Positions 1 to 14,309 of a stretch of DNA of 64,000 bases are shown piece by piece. The stretch comes from Eledone cirrhosa (lineage: Eukaryota), in NCBI GenBank assembly GCA_964016885.1, contig CAXHJY010000046.1:62001-126000 (forward strand), in the 5' to 3' direction. The stretch's first letter is position 1; each line of letters begins with the position of its first letter. The translations under genes were made by a program, and so were the position numbers. Below the pieces are notes generated by a model. It did not search any database. It was given only the letters and a program-made list of their open reading frames with translations, and was not told the DNA's origin.

Positions 1-489
1 ATATACAAATTCAACTTTTTGATCCCCTAGGGCCCGCATTAGGTGAAAAACTGCGTTAGGGTTTTTTTGAGGCGTTACGTTAGATTGATTTCCTTGAAAT
101 TGTAACTACGTATTAGTCAGTCTCTTTTTCATACTATGAGCAAAGAAAATCCAACTTTTTTATGGCCCGCATTAGGTGAAAAACTTCATTTTTTTCAGCT
201 TTTCATGGCTTTTTTGAGGCGTTACGTCTATCCGATTTTCTCGAAATTTCAAGGCATATTATGCACATAAAAAAATTGATTTTCTTTATCCCCTAGGGCT
301 CGCATTATGTGAAAACCTGCATTTTTCCTGCTTCATCGAGGAAAATCTTAAAGATTATCCAGCCATCAGAGTATTCAGTTTATTTTCTTTACATATTGTC
401 CCAGGCATGCAGTTTTTCCACGATTAGGTCTGTTAGCAGCCCGCGTTCCAAAATACCTTATCCCGTGCAACGCCGGGTACCACTGCTAG
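1..489 (+). mobile_element. Helitron 3' terminal region, probably non-autonomous, with internal ~133-bp tandem repeats
   Basis: Ends in hairpin CCCG-TGCAACGC-CGGG (462-477), an 8-nt spacer, then CTAG (486-489) followed by T, the canonical Helitron 3' end. The motif CGCATTA(G/T)GTGAAAA recurs at 35, 168 and 301. Confidence 0.7.
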
Positions 490-1128
490 TGGTTTATAAA
501 ATAAGGTTCATATTTACAGTTCCCCTTAAAGTAGCAAGCAGGTTTTCTCCATAACATAGAAATACCCCCGAAACCATCAGCTTTCGACATTCTATTTTGT
601 ATAGATTACAATTAAGGAAAAGTACATAATTTTAATTGAGCGAAAAAACAAACGCATTATTTTTTAGTACTATAATTATATTTTTCTCACTTTGAAGTTT
701 GGACTTCTCTTTAGCAATATATTTCATTGTGTAACAATATCACTGAACTGCTTTGCCTACAAGCAGATGTCCCACACATCTGGTGTATTTTATATAAAAT
801 TAATTTGTTGCTGTTGTTGGCATCGTCGGCATATTTGTGGTGGTTGTTGCTGCTCCTGCTGTTTACGAGTCTCAGTATGTATTGCCGCTGGGATAATTGG
901 TAAAAAAATGTGTCGGAGAATATTTTACAAATCGTACGTCTTGTTTCAGACTTGACTGCGAATATAATGACAGGTCATTACAACAGCAGAGGTTCGACGA
1001 GCTTTTGATTCCAACGTCGAGTCAGATCGATACAGATCGAACCTTGATCTGATCAATAGCGAAACGTGCGTCACTAATCAATAAATGTACTAAAAGCTTA
1101 ACAAAGCGTATTTGTATTATTATTGATG

Positions 1129-1350
1129 GATTGGCAGTATCGGTAGAGAGTCGGGCATCCATACGTTGCAGCATAGAATTACATCCCTTTTCGGTTTGAG
1201 TTCAAATCCCGCCGAGATTAATTTTGCCTTTCATCCTTATGGGGTCGATAAAATAAAGTACCAGTCACGCACTGGGGTCGATTTAATCGACTTTCCCCTC
1301 CCCCCAAATGGCTGGCCTTGTGTCTATATAAGAAACCATTATTATCATTA
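1129..1350 (+). mobile_element. tRNA-derived SINE, near full-length copy
   Basis: A-box-like TGGCAGTATCGG (1132-1143), B-box-like GTTCAAATC (1200-1208), conserved core TTTGCCTTTCATCC...GGGGTCGATAAAATAAAGTACCAG and an (ATT)-rich tail. At least five other copies lie in the window. Confidence 0.85.
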
Positions 1351-1372
1351 TAATATATATAGAGAGAGAGAG

Positions 1373-1686
1373 AATAAGGAGCAGATATTGCAATAGCCTG
1401 AGGTTCAAAGACCATCAACTCTTCAACAAGTTGCCGAGGGATTTGAAAGATCTGCATGGTGTGGAGGTGGATGTTTTCAAGAAACATTTCGACAGCTTGC
1501 TATCCAGGATCCCGGATGAGCCCACAGCAAGGCACGAGGGAAACCTAAAGGCAGCAGCAACGAACTCCCTCTTGCACCAGTAGCCAACCAATACAGGCTG
1601 GAGATAAAATGTGTAGCAACAAGGGCGGTGCCCCAGCATGGCCTCAGCCGGATGGCTGGAATAGGTAAAAGAGAGTAAAAGAGAGA
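1373..1686 (+). pseudogene. 3' end of a CR1/L2-group LINE (ORF2 C-terminus plus 3' UTR), 5'-truncated at a (GA)n tract
   Basis: Manual translation IRSRYCNSLRFKDHQLFNKLPRDLKDLHGVEVDVFKKHFDSLLSRIPDEP...AAATNSLLHQ* (stop 1581-1583) fits the FNxLP...FKxxLDxxLxxIPDEP...NSL C-terminal pattern. A short tandem tail (GTAAAAGAGA)2 follows. Confidence 0.75.
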
Positions 1687-2378
1687 TATGAAGATATCCC
1701 CGCCGAATGCAATAGAACTAGTCCTGTAAATATCTTTTAATTAAATATATTTGTGAAATGAATTCCTTATACACGCAACCAAGCTTGCGGCCCCAATGAT
1801 TAATTGAAGGGAGATTTGGATTTAATTTAGAATAGTGGTGTATTATCCTAAAGAGGTTTTAATTTTTTTTCAGGAAATATAAGGAGAGATCTTATGTTCC
1901 TTATTATACCAAGTGCTGATGAAAAGAAGAAATGTTGATTGCTGAAGGGATTCAACATAATGCACCGCACATTAAATATTATTGCAAAATAATTTCCTAT
2001 ATTAATTTCACGAAAGCGTAAAAGACGTTATTAAAATAAACGTGAAATGTTATCGTATTTTCTGTTTATGATTACATCTACGCAGCTTGTTTATATCATT
2101 TTTTCTTTGTTGATTTCGCTTTTATATTTTCTACATGCATTTGCTCAAACTGACATTTATTAAGTTCAATTAAGTCTCCCAATTAACTCTATGTTTGCAT
2201 GCTGTTATGGGTCAGCTGCTCTCTTGCTTTCAAGAACCTAATTTCTTTACCAATAATTTTGCTGAATGTTTCCATCAATATTAGCAGCTGCATTTATATA
2301 GACTGACTGAAAAGAAAATACATTATACATGCATACTCATCAGGTTATAAGAGAAATATAGTAAGAATACATTGGTAA

Positions 2379-3353
2379 AATCTAAATATCAGTTTTAAAG
2401 ATGGAAATACTCCAGAAAATAATATGAAGTAGACTAGATCTCCCACTACCACCACCTTGATCCAACGTGATTGAACAGACCTATGGTGAGAGAATATGTA
2501 ATTCAACTATGGTATTATGCATAACTACATTACCTCTATGCGTCTGTATGATGATTAGATAAGATTTGAAGAGAATGTAACTATTATTCCTAACAAATCG
2601 TTAGTTATAAAACCCATCGTTGGAGCAATAACATCATGTACGTAAGAAATGAAACCAGCCTCAGTAAAATAACTCCCATAGATTAAAAAATCTGTATTAA
2701 GTTGGTACATAACTTTCTATGAATTTAGTAAAATCTTTACACACACACATAAAAACACAGGCACACCAGGGCTGCGGCGCGTGGACCCCCATTACTCACA
2801 ATAGTGAGTGATGGCGAGAGCGGGTGAGATGGAGACGGTGGCAGTGGGACTTTGGTTCTTTTGTGTTTGGTTCTTTTGTGTTTGGACCTGGTGTAATGGT
2901 GCCTCCAATAGGGTGAAATATTTCTACATTCAACCTCCACCAAATTACTGTTTTGGTGTGTAAAATAGAATATATTATACTTCTACAATACTCTTCGTCA
3001 TAAATAGAAAATCAAGGGAAATAGCTTTTATAAGTTAATCTTGAATCACTACCTTCATACGGGCAACTGACGCTGCTCACCAGATCCGAACACAGAAGAG
3101 CCTAAATGTCATCGCCTCAATCTCTCTCACCCTCCTCATCTCTCTCTATTAGGAGAAATGGGGTCCCACGTGCTGGCCTCCCCGCAGCCCCGGCGAACAG
3201 AATAGAGAAGGCGTTTCCCCGGAGGATGGTGAAGGAGATGTACCGGAAGAGCCATTCCAGCTTATGAGGCTAACACCTAATCTAAATATCAGTTTTAAAG
3301 ATGGAAATACTCCAGAAAATAATATGAAGTAGACTAGATCTCCCACTACCACC
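2379..3353 (+). repeat. 75-bp exact direct repeat 900 bp apart (2379-2453 and 3279-3353)
   Basis: AATCTAAATATCAGTTTTAAAGATGG...TCCCACTACCACC is identical at both sites. Confidence 0.9.
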
Positions 3354-3394
3354 TAATCTTCCAACCCGACTGCACACGTCAATCACTTCATGTA

Positions 3395-3498
3395 AATAAT
3401 AGTTTCTACATTTGGAACAAGGCCAGCGAATACCCAGTACATTACTGGTACTTTATTTTATCGACCCCGTAAGGATGAAAGGCAAATTAATCTCGGCG
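3395..3498 (-). mobile_element. SINE 3' half (same family as 1129-1350)
   Basis: Reverse complement of the core and tail: CTGGTACTTTATTTTATCGACCCCGTAAGGATGAAAGGCAAATTAATCTCGGCG. Confidence 0.8.
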
Positions 3499-3502
3499 CC
3501 AG

Positions 3503-4680
3503 ATGTGACAGTACGCAATCTTGGCAGAGTCCGACTTTCACATTGAATGACTTCGATTTAGCACCATTTATCCGAAAACAAATACTCGGGCATTCGTATA
3601 GAGATATCAGGGCAGCAAGAAGCCGACCATCGATACCATATTCCTGCACAGCCTTCCACAGCAGGTCCCGAGGAGCGCAATCATATGCCTTTTCAAGGTC
3701 AATAAAACAAGAATAAACCTTTTAGCAATACTTCCACGATTTCTCAAAGACATGCTGTGCTGCGTCCAGTGTGACAACCAACTGTTCATCAGCTAACTAG
3801 GACTCGACAATCTCCTGCTTTCTGTTTGCCAGACGTTTAGCATAGACTTTGCCAGGGAGATTTAACAAGGAGATCCCTCTGTAATTGGAACAATCTCTCT
3901 TGTCTCACCTTTTGAAAATTGGGATTATAATTGCCGTTTGCTATTGCTTTAGTGCCTTTCCAGAGATCCAAGACACCCGGCACACACGAGGTTTTAAAAT
4001 GTTGGGCTGGATGTCATCTTCCGTAGCGGCCTTGTCATATTTCATATATTTAACTATTCGTGTGACATCAGCCTCTGTGAGATTAGTTACCGCACCCAGA
4101 TACACCTGGTGTACATCCGAAAATGCTGTTGTGATCGGGTTTAGGAGATCAGCAAAGTATTCTCTCCATCTTGCGAGGTTGCACTTCTCCGAAGAGTGAA
4201 GAATCCCTGGCGCATTCCTGATAGCAGGTATAGAGGGAGGGGGGTTCTTATTACGTAGTCGGTGGATTGTCTGCCAGAATATTTTATTTGCTGGTCTGAA
4301 ATCGGATTCCAGCTTAACCCAAAGTCCCCCCGTTACTTAACTAGGGACGCCTTTACTGTCTCTGCTGCAATTCTTCGTCCCTGCTTGTACCGCAAGTGCA
4401 AGAAGTAGGACGTAATTCCAAACCAAGTTTACAAGACTCCTTGTTAGCTCAAATGACATCTTTGAACTCTTGAATGAACCAAGGGATCTTCCTGTCATCC
4501 AGTGCCACAATAATTCTCTTTCGACTGCAGCATTTAATAACTGAAGCAGAAACTGCTGCTCTGAACAACCCCCAATCTGTGTCAACATCATGTTTTCGCA
4601 GGGTGTTCTCTGAATTTGGATGCAATTCTATGTGCAAACCATATCCTCTAATACTTCCCACTTTATGCTGTAGGTCAACC
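3503..4680 (-). pseudogene. Degraded RTE-clade LINE reverse transcriptase fragment
   Basis: Minus-strand motifs NYRGISLLNLPGKVYAK, CFIDLEKAYD and EYGIDGRLLAALISLY...FRINGAKSKSFNVKVGLCQDCVLS, broken by frameshifts and stops. Confidence 0.9.
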
Positions 4681-4986
4681 TGGACACACACATAAGAGAA
4701 ATAATATCAATGACATGCCACACACACGAAATACAGTCCAGTTGCTCACATATAACAATACTAATGATACACCAGGACTCTTGACCTAGGTTTCCACACC
4801 CACACGCTCAACTGCTTGTCTGCCCTTCACGCCCATCTTAAAAAATGTCTCTTTTTTACTCCAATCTTCCAACCTCCTCCATTTTCTCACACTTCTTTCT
4901 CTCCGAAATGACGAAACTAATAAAACGTTCTGCTTTTGCATCGCTGGGTTCGTCTTGTTATTCTTGGATTACACATTGCATAGTAT

Positions 4987-5032
<46 letters not shown>

Positions 5033-5036
<4 letters not shown>

Positions 5037-5312
5037 GAAAAAAGATGAAATCGAAACTGCAACTGGAGTCTTTTTTTTTTTTAATATATATTCATTTGGC
5101 TCCTTTGCTGGTTTCGCAGTTCTTCTGCTTTTCAAAAGTAGAGTTGAGATGGAGGGTTTGTGGTTTTTCTCACATGTGAGAAAAAACAGAGACCCTCCAT
5201 CTCAATTTGAAAAGCAGAAGAACTGCGAAAACCGGAAAAGATACCAAATGAATATATATTTAAAAAAAAAAAGACTCCAGTTGCATTTCAATTACATCTT
5301 TTTTCCTTATAC
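5033..5312. repeat. Fold-back element next to (TA)n, apex CACATGTG at 5174/5175, with a degenerate U3-A8 hammerhead (5100-5141, minus strand)
   Basis: Imperfect arms of about 140 bp. The minus strand reads CTACTT-TTGAAAA-GCAG/CTGC stem II-GAAA-CCAG-CA-AAGGAG. Confidence 0.75.
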
Positions 5313-5368
5313 TTTTACTCGTGTAGGACACATTGGTTATTTTACGTTTTGTAAAAAAAAAACTTCAC

Positions 5369-6093
<725 letters not shown>

Positions 6094-6096
6094 GTT

Positions 6097-6147
<51 letters not shown>

Positions 6148-7319
6148 CAGATACACTGTTTAATACACCTAAGCGGTTTTGTCATTTTTTCAGTCATATT
6201 TCGCGTGTAGAAATGTATTATTTAAAATTCAGTTCATCATAACATCAAAATCATTTCTCTCTCTCTCTTCTCCCCCTCCTCTCTTTCCTTCCCCCCTATC
6301 TCTCTTTCTTCCCCATACGGTAACTGTCTCACTGTATGTGAGTTTGTCTGTGTGTATGTTTTTATGTGAGTGCTGAACTAACGATCCATTAATGTGAATT
6401 TAAAATAACCTTCTGCAGTATTTTTGTTACGTGTTCTGTGATATCAAAATAGCATATATAATATTAAGGTTTATTTCAATTTCTTTTGTTCCGAACTTTA
6501 TATTTCAATATTTCACAACCTACATGTAAATATCATTGGAATTATTCATGAATGTTCTATCCGTAATGCATTTTTTTTACATAATATTGTTAGTTTTATT
6601 GAATGTGTAATGTAATGTATTTCGTTATCGCTGCTGTCAAATATCTCAACAGTAGAATCTCATCAAATAATTTATAATATTATCTACAAAAGTATATCAT
6701 AGTTTATTGCAGATGAAATATGTAATTAAGTACTTTACATTATGTATAGGCGATAACGTAGAAGGTAGAGTATAACTCGCAATATTATCAAATGTCAAAA
6801 TATTATACAAACAAATGATGTAAATTATAGGCTACACATTACTAGATTATCAGAATATTAACTAATATTGTCACATTTCTAAATATCCTCGGAAATGTAC
6901 CTGGTTTCCGATTATTCAGAGTAACATTTGATCAGTAAAAACAAATTGACGAATAGTTGCTTTTTTCTTCTTCCATTACCAAAATGAAGCTTTCCTATCG
7001 TTGAGTGTATGGGTTTTTAAACAAGTAGTTTCTCTTTTACTTTATCTACCTGTCATGTAGTATTAATATCTCGTTTAAAAGACTCTTCATATTACTTTTA
7101 GCTTACTCTTCATTGGAAAAATGACTACAAATATTAAGCTCTAGCGTAGAAAGCGAAATATATATATAAGGTGGAGTCTATACTTGATAAAAACTTAATA
7201 TTTCTGGTTAGGACATGGCAGAACCTATAATATTCGTAATATAAAATTGAAATCAAAATAAACTTATTGTATTTGTAAGCTGGTGCCGTTCCCTGTCATA
7301 TAGTCTCATGTTATATAAC

Positions 7320-7470
7320 GAATTGGCAAAGTCGTTAGAACGTCCGAGAGAATGTTTTCAGTATTCGTTACAGCTCTCTAGCCCTGTGTTCAAATCCTGC
7401 CAAGATGAACTTTACCTTTCATCCTTTCGAGATCAATAAAAAACGTACTTGTCCAGTACAGGGGTCGATT
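7320..7470 (+). mobile_element. SINE copy, diverged
   Basis: TTGGCAAAGTCG head, GTTCAAATCC B box, core CTTTCATCCTTTCGAGATCAATAAA. Confidence 0.75.
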
Positions 7471-7687
7471 CTTCCTGTATCTCTCGAACCTTCATTCTCT
7501 CTCTCTGTCTTTCTCTCCTCAGTGTTCGGACGTGGAGAGGGTATGAGCTCCGTTAGGTTTAAAGTGTCCAAAATTTGCTGTGTCACTGTTGCTTGAACCA
7601 AGCCACAGTGGTCATTTTATTCTTTATTTCCTCTTAGATGGGTATATTTGTCAGTCTTATCCTCACTAGGTTTTTCATCCTTCCTCT

Positions 7688-7857
<170 letters not shown>

Positions 7858-8806
7858 ACCTAAAATTCCCTCTTGAGTACAGTATTTGTCTTCTTCAGTT
7901 TGTCGCCATGCTCACATTTGTACATAAAGATCTAGATAACTATCAAATATACAATTTTCATTTATCAGAACGCTGCAATTTGTAGCCTATTGTTGCTTCA
8001 TGATATAAAACTTCAGATTCTATTTTGAATGAATTGTGACTGGACATGTTGGTTAGTCATCAGGTAATATTTGTATCTTTGTATATAAACTATCTTTGTA
8101 TGTTATATGTTATCTTATCTAAATAAGAACGCTTTTTCTGAAGTAATTGAAACTGATACGTATCAATTAATATAAGAGAAGGCTGATGTTGTTCTGCCAA
8201 GGAGTATGGATGTATTTTTTATGCAATTCTTCCAGACCAATATATTCATATATAATGAATAACAGCCATCCATTAATTTTCATTTTGGTCAACAGTTGAT
8301 TATGTATCCCTTAGTTTTAAAAATAGCTACCTCTGTACTGCATGACTTTCAAGAGAGAATATATTGGCAAGATCGATATTTGAATTGATGTTTCAGGAAT
8401 AATGTTGTCAAGGTTTGAGTCCATACTAAAAAATGCGGGTTTGGAAAGAAAGGGTTAGTATTTAATAAGTGATAACTGGATTTAAGACTGAGACAGTGGA
8501 TATGATAGCAGAAGTGGGAATATGAATAAAAGAACACAATCAGGCCCTGTATGCTTCTTCAAACTTACGAACACACAGATCCAACCTGAAACATATTTTC
8601 TACATATATGTTCTATATGACTGACTATCAGCTTCGCGTGGTTTCTCCACTCATAATTTTACTTTTTTTAATCTCCTCTCTGTCTTCCTTTTTTTTTTAC
8701 CTTCCTTTCCCTTGATATCTTCATTTGAGCCGCCAATAAATACATGAACCTAAGCTAGAGATCAAATGTGTCGTGCAGAACTTAATAATTACCAACACAC
8801 AGCTAA

Positions 8807-8974
<168 letters not shown>

Positions 8975-9666
8975 TAAATGTGTCTGCGTGTGTTTATGGG
9001 TGTTATCCGAGTGTATGTTCGAATGAGTTCCTGGCTGTCTACATTCCTGTGTAAGAGTACATGAGATAAAAGTATAGAATCGAATGGCGTTGTCTGTGAT
9101 ATTTTAGGAATTACGAGGAGAAGGTACTGTGGGGGCTTTGTATAGCAACGGAGGTTGGGTGTATGGGAGTTGGAAGAGCTGTATATCACAAAGAGTCAAC
9201 GTGTGGTGACACTGCGTGAGAAGGTTAGGGTAGTTTCAAGGGTCACTATGAGGCTGTGGTGTTGTAGTAGTGTTGGTGCTTGTGTGTGTGTCCGCGCCTG
9301 TGTGTGTGTTTGCATGTGTGTGTGTGCACACGTTAGCTTTGTTGATCAATTGTGTTAGTTTACATTAATTAGTCAGTCATGTTCATGTAGATGGGTTTGT
9401 ATTGTGTTCGATTTTTGAAGTGTTGGTTTACTTAATTGGTGGCGTTAGTATAGTTAGTAGGCCATCCTTGTCTAATTAATTAATTAATTAATTAGTTGTG
9501 TTTGTTTATTTGTTAATGTATCTATGTACAATCGATGTGTTGGCATAAGAGTGGATGGAATGTGGGTGCTGGAAAAAAGCTGACTAAATGAAGAAGTGTG
9601 GTGCATGTGTATATATATATATACACATGCATATATATATATACATGCATATATATATATACATGC

Positions 9667-9797
<131 letters not shown>

Positions 9798-9846
9798 GCT
9801 GAATAAATAAACAGAGAACAAAAAACAGAGAGGTTTTTAGTTTCAC

Positions 9847-9904
<58 letters not shown>

Positions 9905-9944
9905 TTATATATATATATAAATATATATAAATATATATACATAT

Positions 9945-9976
<32 letters not shown>

Positions 9977-10033
9977 TGAATCGGAGGTATCCACAGTAAG
10001 TAAGGTACTCAATACATTGCAGATTAAAACTTA

Positions 10034-10068
<35 letters not shown>

Positions 10069-10072
<4 letters not shown>

Positions 10073-10262
10073 GTTATTCCGGGTTGAATCGGAGGTAACC
10101 ACAGTAAGTAAGGTACTCAATACATAGCAGAGTATAACAGTTTTAATATAGATGAGATTCTACAGGACTAGAACTGTTTCATTCATTAGAAATCATCAGG
10201 AATCTCTGATGATTTCTAATGAATGAAACAGTTCTAGTCCTGTAGAATCTCATCTATATTAA

Positions 10263-10266
<4 letters not shown>
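10069..10266 (-). mobile_element. Penelope-like pLTR-type fold-back insertion in (TA)n: unique tail 10069-10138 plus perfect 61-bp arms (10139-10199 and 10206-10266)
   Basis: Exact inverted repeat with a 6-nt loop, containing a hammerhead. A second copy of the tail lies at 9976-10030. Confidence 0.75.
10154..10206 (-). ncRNA. Type I hammerhead ribozyme
   Basis: GAGATTC-CTGATGA-tTTCtaatGAAt-GAAA-CAG...CTG-TA-GAATCTC: 7-bp stem I, intact core, GUA cleavage triplet. Confidence 0.85.
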
Positions 10267-10303
<37 letters not shown>

Positions 10304-10795
10304 CATATATATATATATGGCGGGGGATGCGTGTGTGCATATATGTGTGTTTGAGTGCGGGAGTGTGTGCACGCAAATGAAAAAGATTAGCAAGGTAGAA
10401 ATGAAAACAAAGAGAGTCAGTAGTGTTGAAAGGAAGACAGCATGTTATTTATCAAATGTACATTTTTTCTGTTTGTTCCTGACATTCAAAACATTATGAT
10501 AACTTACATTCATCTTGATATGACAAATAATATAGTATTGATTCTTCGCCATATTTCCTCCATTCTCTACATTTATGTCGTTCAAATTCATTTTTCTTTA
10601 TTTAAAAGCTTTATATTGCTGTCTCATTTCAATCATACATCTCAGCAACGTTGTAGTATTTTTTTATGAATAGTTTTAATTAATTCAATGATATTCTTCT
10701 GGAGTTATATTTCCGTGAGTTTCATTTCAGTAATATTTCATGCAATAATTGTATAGTGTATTAATTGACGTTAAGCTGAAAATAATGCTAATCAT

Positions 10796-10982
10796 AATAA
10801 TTGTTTCTACTTTTGGCACAAAGCCAGCAATTAACCAGTACATTACTGGTACTTTATTTTATCGACCCCGTAAGGATGAAAGCAAAGTTAACCTCGGCGG
10901 GATTTGAACTCAGACTGTAAAGGGACGTAACTATGCTAGAAAGCATGGCGTCCAACCCTCTACCAATTCACTGCCCAATCAT
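10796..10982 (-). mobile_element. SINE, full-length copy
   Basis: Reverse complement of head, B box (GGGATTTGAACTC) and core. Confidence 0.85.
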
Positions 10983-11305
10983 AATAATGAAACATATTTT
11001 TAAAGGAAACCATTCACCTTAATGTTTGTTGATTAGAATGTTTGTGACAGTTGTCAACATTTATGCCCCACAAAATATTTATATTCAGAAAGGTCCCGAA
11101 AAATGTTATGGCGTGGGATTGTAGGAAAATAGTATTATAATATTTTGGTAGGGGGAATACATAAATAAAGTGAAAGCGCATGTTTATTTATTCATAGTTT
11201 GGATACCAACAAGTGAAAAATCACGATTATATGTTAAGATAATTACCCGATTGTTATTGAAGACTAAGTTTTTCTAAACTGTAATAAGCTGTATGTTATA
11301 GCCCC

Positions 11306-11485
11306 ATTGGCAGTATCGGTGGAGGGTCGGACGCCATGCTTTCCAGCATAGTTACGTCCCTTTACGGTCTGATTTCAAATCCCATCGAGGTTAACTTTGC
11401 CTTTCATCCTTACAGGGTCGATAACATAAAGTACCAGTAATGTACTGGGTAATTGCTGGCCTTGAGCCAACTGTAGACACAATTA
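11306..11485 (+). mobile_element. SINE, full-length copy
   Basis: ATTGGCAGTATCGG head, TTCAAATCCC, core GCCTTTCATCCTTACAGGGTCGATAA. Confidence 0.85.
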
Positions 11486-12059
11486 ATGTATATTCTCATG
11501 AAACTCATTCTCTTTTAGATGTTGGATGTAATTTGATAACGCTGTTGCATTCCTTTTTCTCTGGGTGAATGATAAAGGTGATTAAACTAACCATCACTCA
11601 GACCAATACAGTATTTACTCTCTATAGTGTGATTGGAGTAAATATAAATAGATCTTGTTTGTGCAGCAAGTTTCCTCGCTTTTAGAGTGTATATTTGCTA
11701 GCGTGAGAATGGTATGTTATGGGTAGCAGCATAAAGGAAATCATTTTCATATATATTTGGACTCTTTAAGAAGATTTATTTTAATTTACTTAACCCCGGT
11801 TTCATGGTTTACAAAAGTTATGTGAGTTGAAGGGACGGGAAGCTATGCCATAACTGTCTATTATATAAACACACACACAAATTCACACATACATATATGC
11901 ATACACACCTACGCACAAGCACACATACATACGTATTTGTGTGAGTATATATATATGTATATATATATATAACCAGGAATTGAAGATTCCTTCGGGTGAA
12001 ACACATGTTCTCAACGATGGTTTGACAATTTTCTTTTAAATCTCTCTTTCTCTCTATTC

Positions 12060-12186
<127 letters not shown>

Positions 12187-12275
12187 AACATGAATGGACC
12201 TGTTATTTTTATCTCAAGACATCTTTCCCAATTCCATCCCGCCCGTCCTCTCAATCTATCTTATTTCTCATTCTT

Positions 12276-12311
12276 TCTTCTGATGAAGGACCAGCGTCCG
12301 AAACGTTAAGA
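12276..12311 (+). ncRNA. Minimal hammerhead ribozyme in a microsatellite-flanked pLTR-like fragment (about 12186-12398)
   Basis: TCTT-CTGATGA-aGGACcagcGTCC-GAAA-CG-TT-AAGA, with a palindromic ACGT stem III as in Penelope minimal hammerheads. A related degenerate fragment lies at about 17692-17790. Confidence 0.75.
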
Positions 12312-13931
12312 CCCTCTTCCTGCTATATCAAGCGTTAACCTAATATACACCTTCCATATACTGTACCGATTGTGTTGTTATTTCTGTTTACCTTTTACAT
12401 ATATATATATATTCGGACCTATATTTGAAATGTTCGATTGCGTAGTGTGTGCATTTTTAGGATATTTATGTTAAGAAATTCATTGAGATGCTGGAATCTG
12501 TGAATAAATGTTCACAGCAATTGCTCAATGTAAGGTCATACAGAGCAGATTATTTATTTGTTAGCTGGGAATGACTAATCGATAAAACAGAACTTAATCT
12601 GTGAAAGAGAGACAGCTGATACAACAACGCAATAGAATCTTAATGATATTGCTGATAAGCTTGTCAAGTGCAAACTATTCTTTATCTGAGACAATAAATG
12701 GACGGTCCATCGTAGAGAATAATTTTTTTACACTACTTAAGTGACATAAATCCCTGTATAGCCAGTGAATGACTGAAGCCTAGAGACCTTGAGATAGCTC
12801 GGAAGAAAATGCATTTTAAAATTAACTACGAAAATGTCTACAGGCCGTGTCCATAATAAGACGACAATGGTTGCATAGTTAATTAATATTTCAGATGTTA
12901 ATTATATTATAAAAATAATTTCTGTCAACTTATAATATTAAAAGAAATAGTCTGAAACTTATCGATAGTGTTATTAGAGATATGAAGATTAGTGATTCGA
13001 TAAATATATTATGTTGAACGAGAATAACAAAAGAAGAAATATCAGTTTCTGATGCTATGTCCAATGTTTCATTGTATATAAAAACTATGAGTTATACGTG
13101 TATTATACATTTATTATGTAGTCAATTGATAAACTGAAGCTGAACGTAAGTGGATGAAATGTGTACAGGCTTTAATTCTGTGCATTCAGCTAATAAAAGT
13201 AATTAGTATTTGGAATTAAATGTAGTTTTCCTTTGTTGGAAACGGAAATCTAAATTACTAAGAAAAATAATTTATTTCTAAATTAATGAGAAACGGTGAA
13301 TTGAAAATTTAAAGATAAGAGAGAATGCCTGCGTCTAGCATTAAAAACATTGTTTCTTTTTATTACGTAATGAGAGCTGCAGCTGTTTGAATCTTCATCA
13401 TGTTGACAGCTTATATTAGAGAATGTTTAAGTATAGATGACCTCGTCTGTGTAAATAGATGCTATGATAAAGTACAGATTTTCTGCTGTAAGCAATAGGA
13501 AACATGGTGTGATTGCCAAGTATTTCCTTATCTTTCAGAGTTTAGTTTGAATCATTTTCACGATTGCCACTCGGTATTATTTCCTTACATACAGGGATAA
13601 TAATACGAATAAAATTGCTTGAAGTTTTCCACATCCTATGAATACTTCATTGAGTTATTATCTTAATCTTGGATTGTATACATAATCCGTTGTCCGGTTT
13701 TACACAACCATGTGGCTTCTGGCTGCTTTTCATGAAATCTAATTACTTGAGAAGAATCGAGCCTGGTGTACCATTGGAAAAAAAATAATGTGACATTTTA
13801 CTTTCTCTGCCTCTTACTGCAGCAAATCAAGAGCCGTGGTGTATCCTGCTCCAGGACGAAAACCCTGAATAAGGTCATGGTTGCTGATCTTCATCTTTAT
13901 TCGTCTTTTGGATCCTTACACACACACACGC

Positions 13932-13996
<65 letters not shown>

Positions 13997-14309
13997 CACA
14001 CACACACGGATTAGCATGCGTATTATTTCGTCATACAATAACACCCGATCCGATCTGGATGATATTTGTTTGATCTGAACTTACAAAGTCTTGTCCTAAC
14101 CAAATCAACTGTAGGATTTCGTGTTAATATATAAATGTATACTCTGCGCACCTTAATTCTGGAATACAACCCACACGAGACGGACTTCGTAATATCATTG
14201 AGATCTTCGAACAGCTCACCGCCTGTAACTGTAGTTACACACCTAACATATATATATATTAGGATTGGTGCTCTGAAATAGCGATGTATGCATGAATGTA
14301 TGAACTTTT

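Noticed and set aside
1129-1215. tRNA gene
   Set aside because: It has A and B boxes but no cloverleaf, and continues into a multi-copy SINE body.
10796-11485. Inverted repeat formed by two SINE copies
   Set aside because: The copies are diverged from each other and best explained as independent insertions in opposite orientation.
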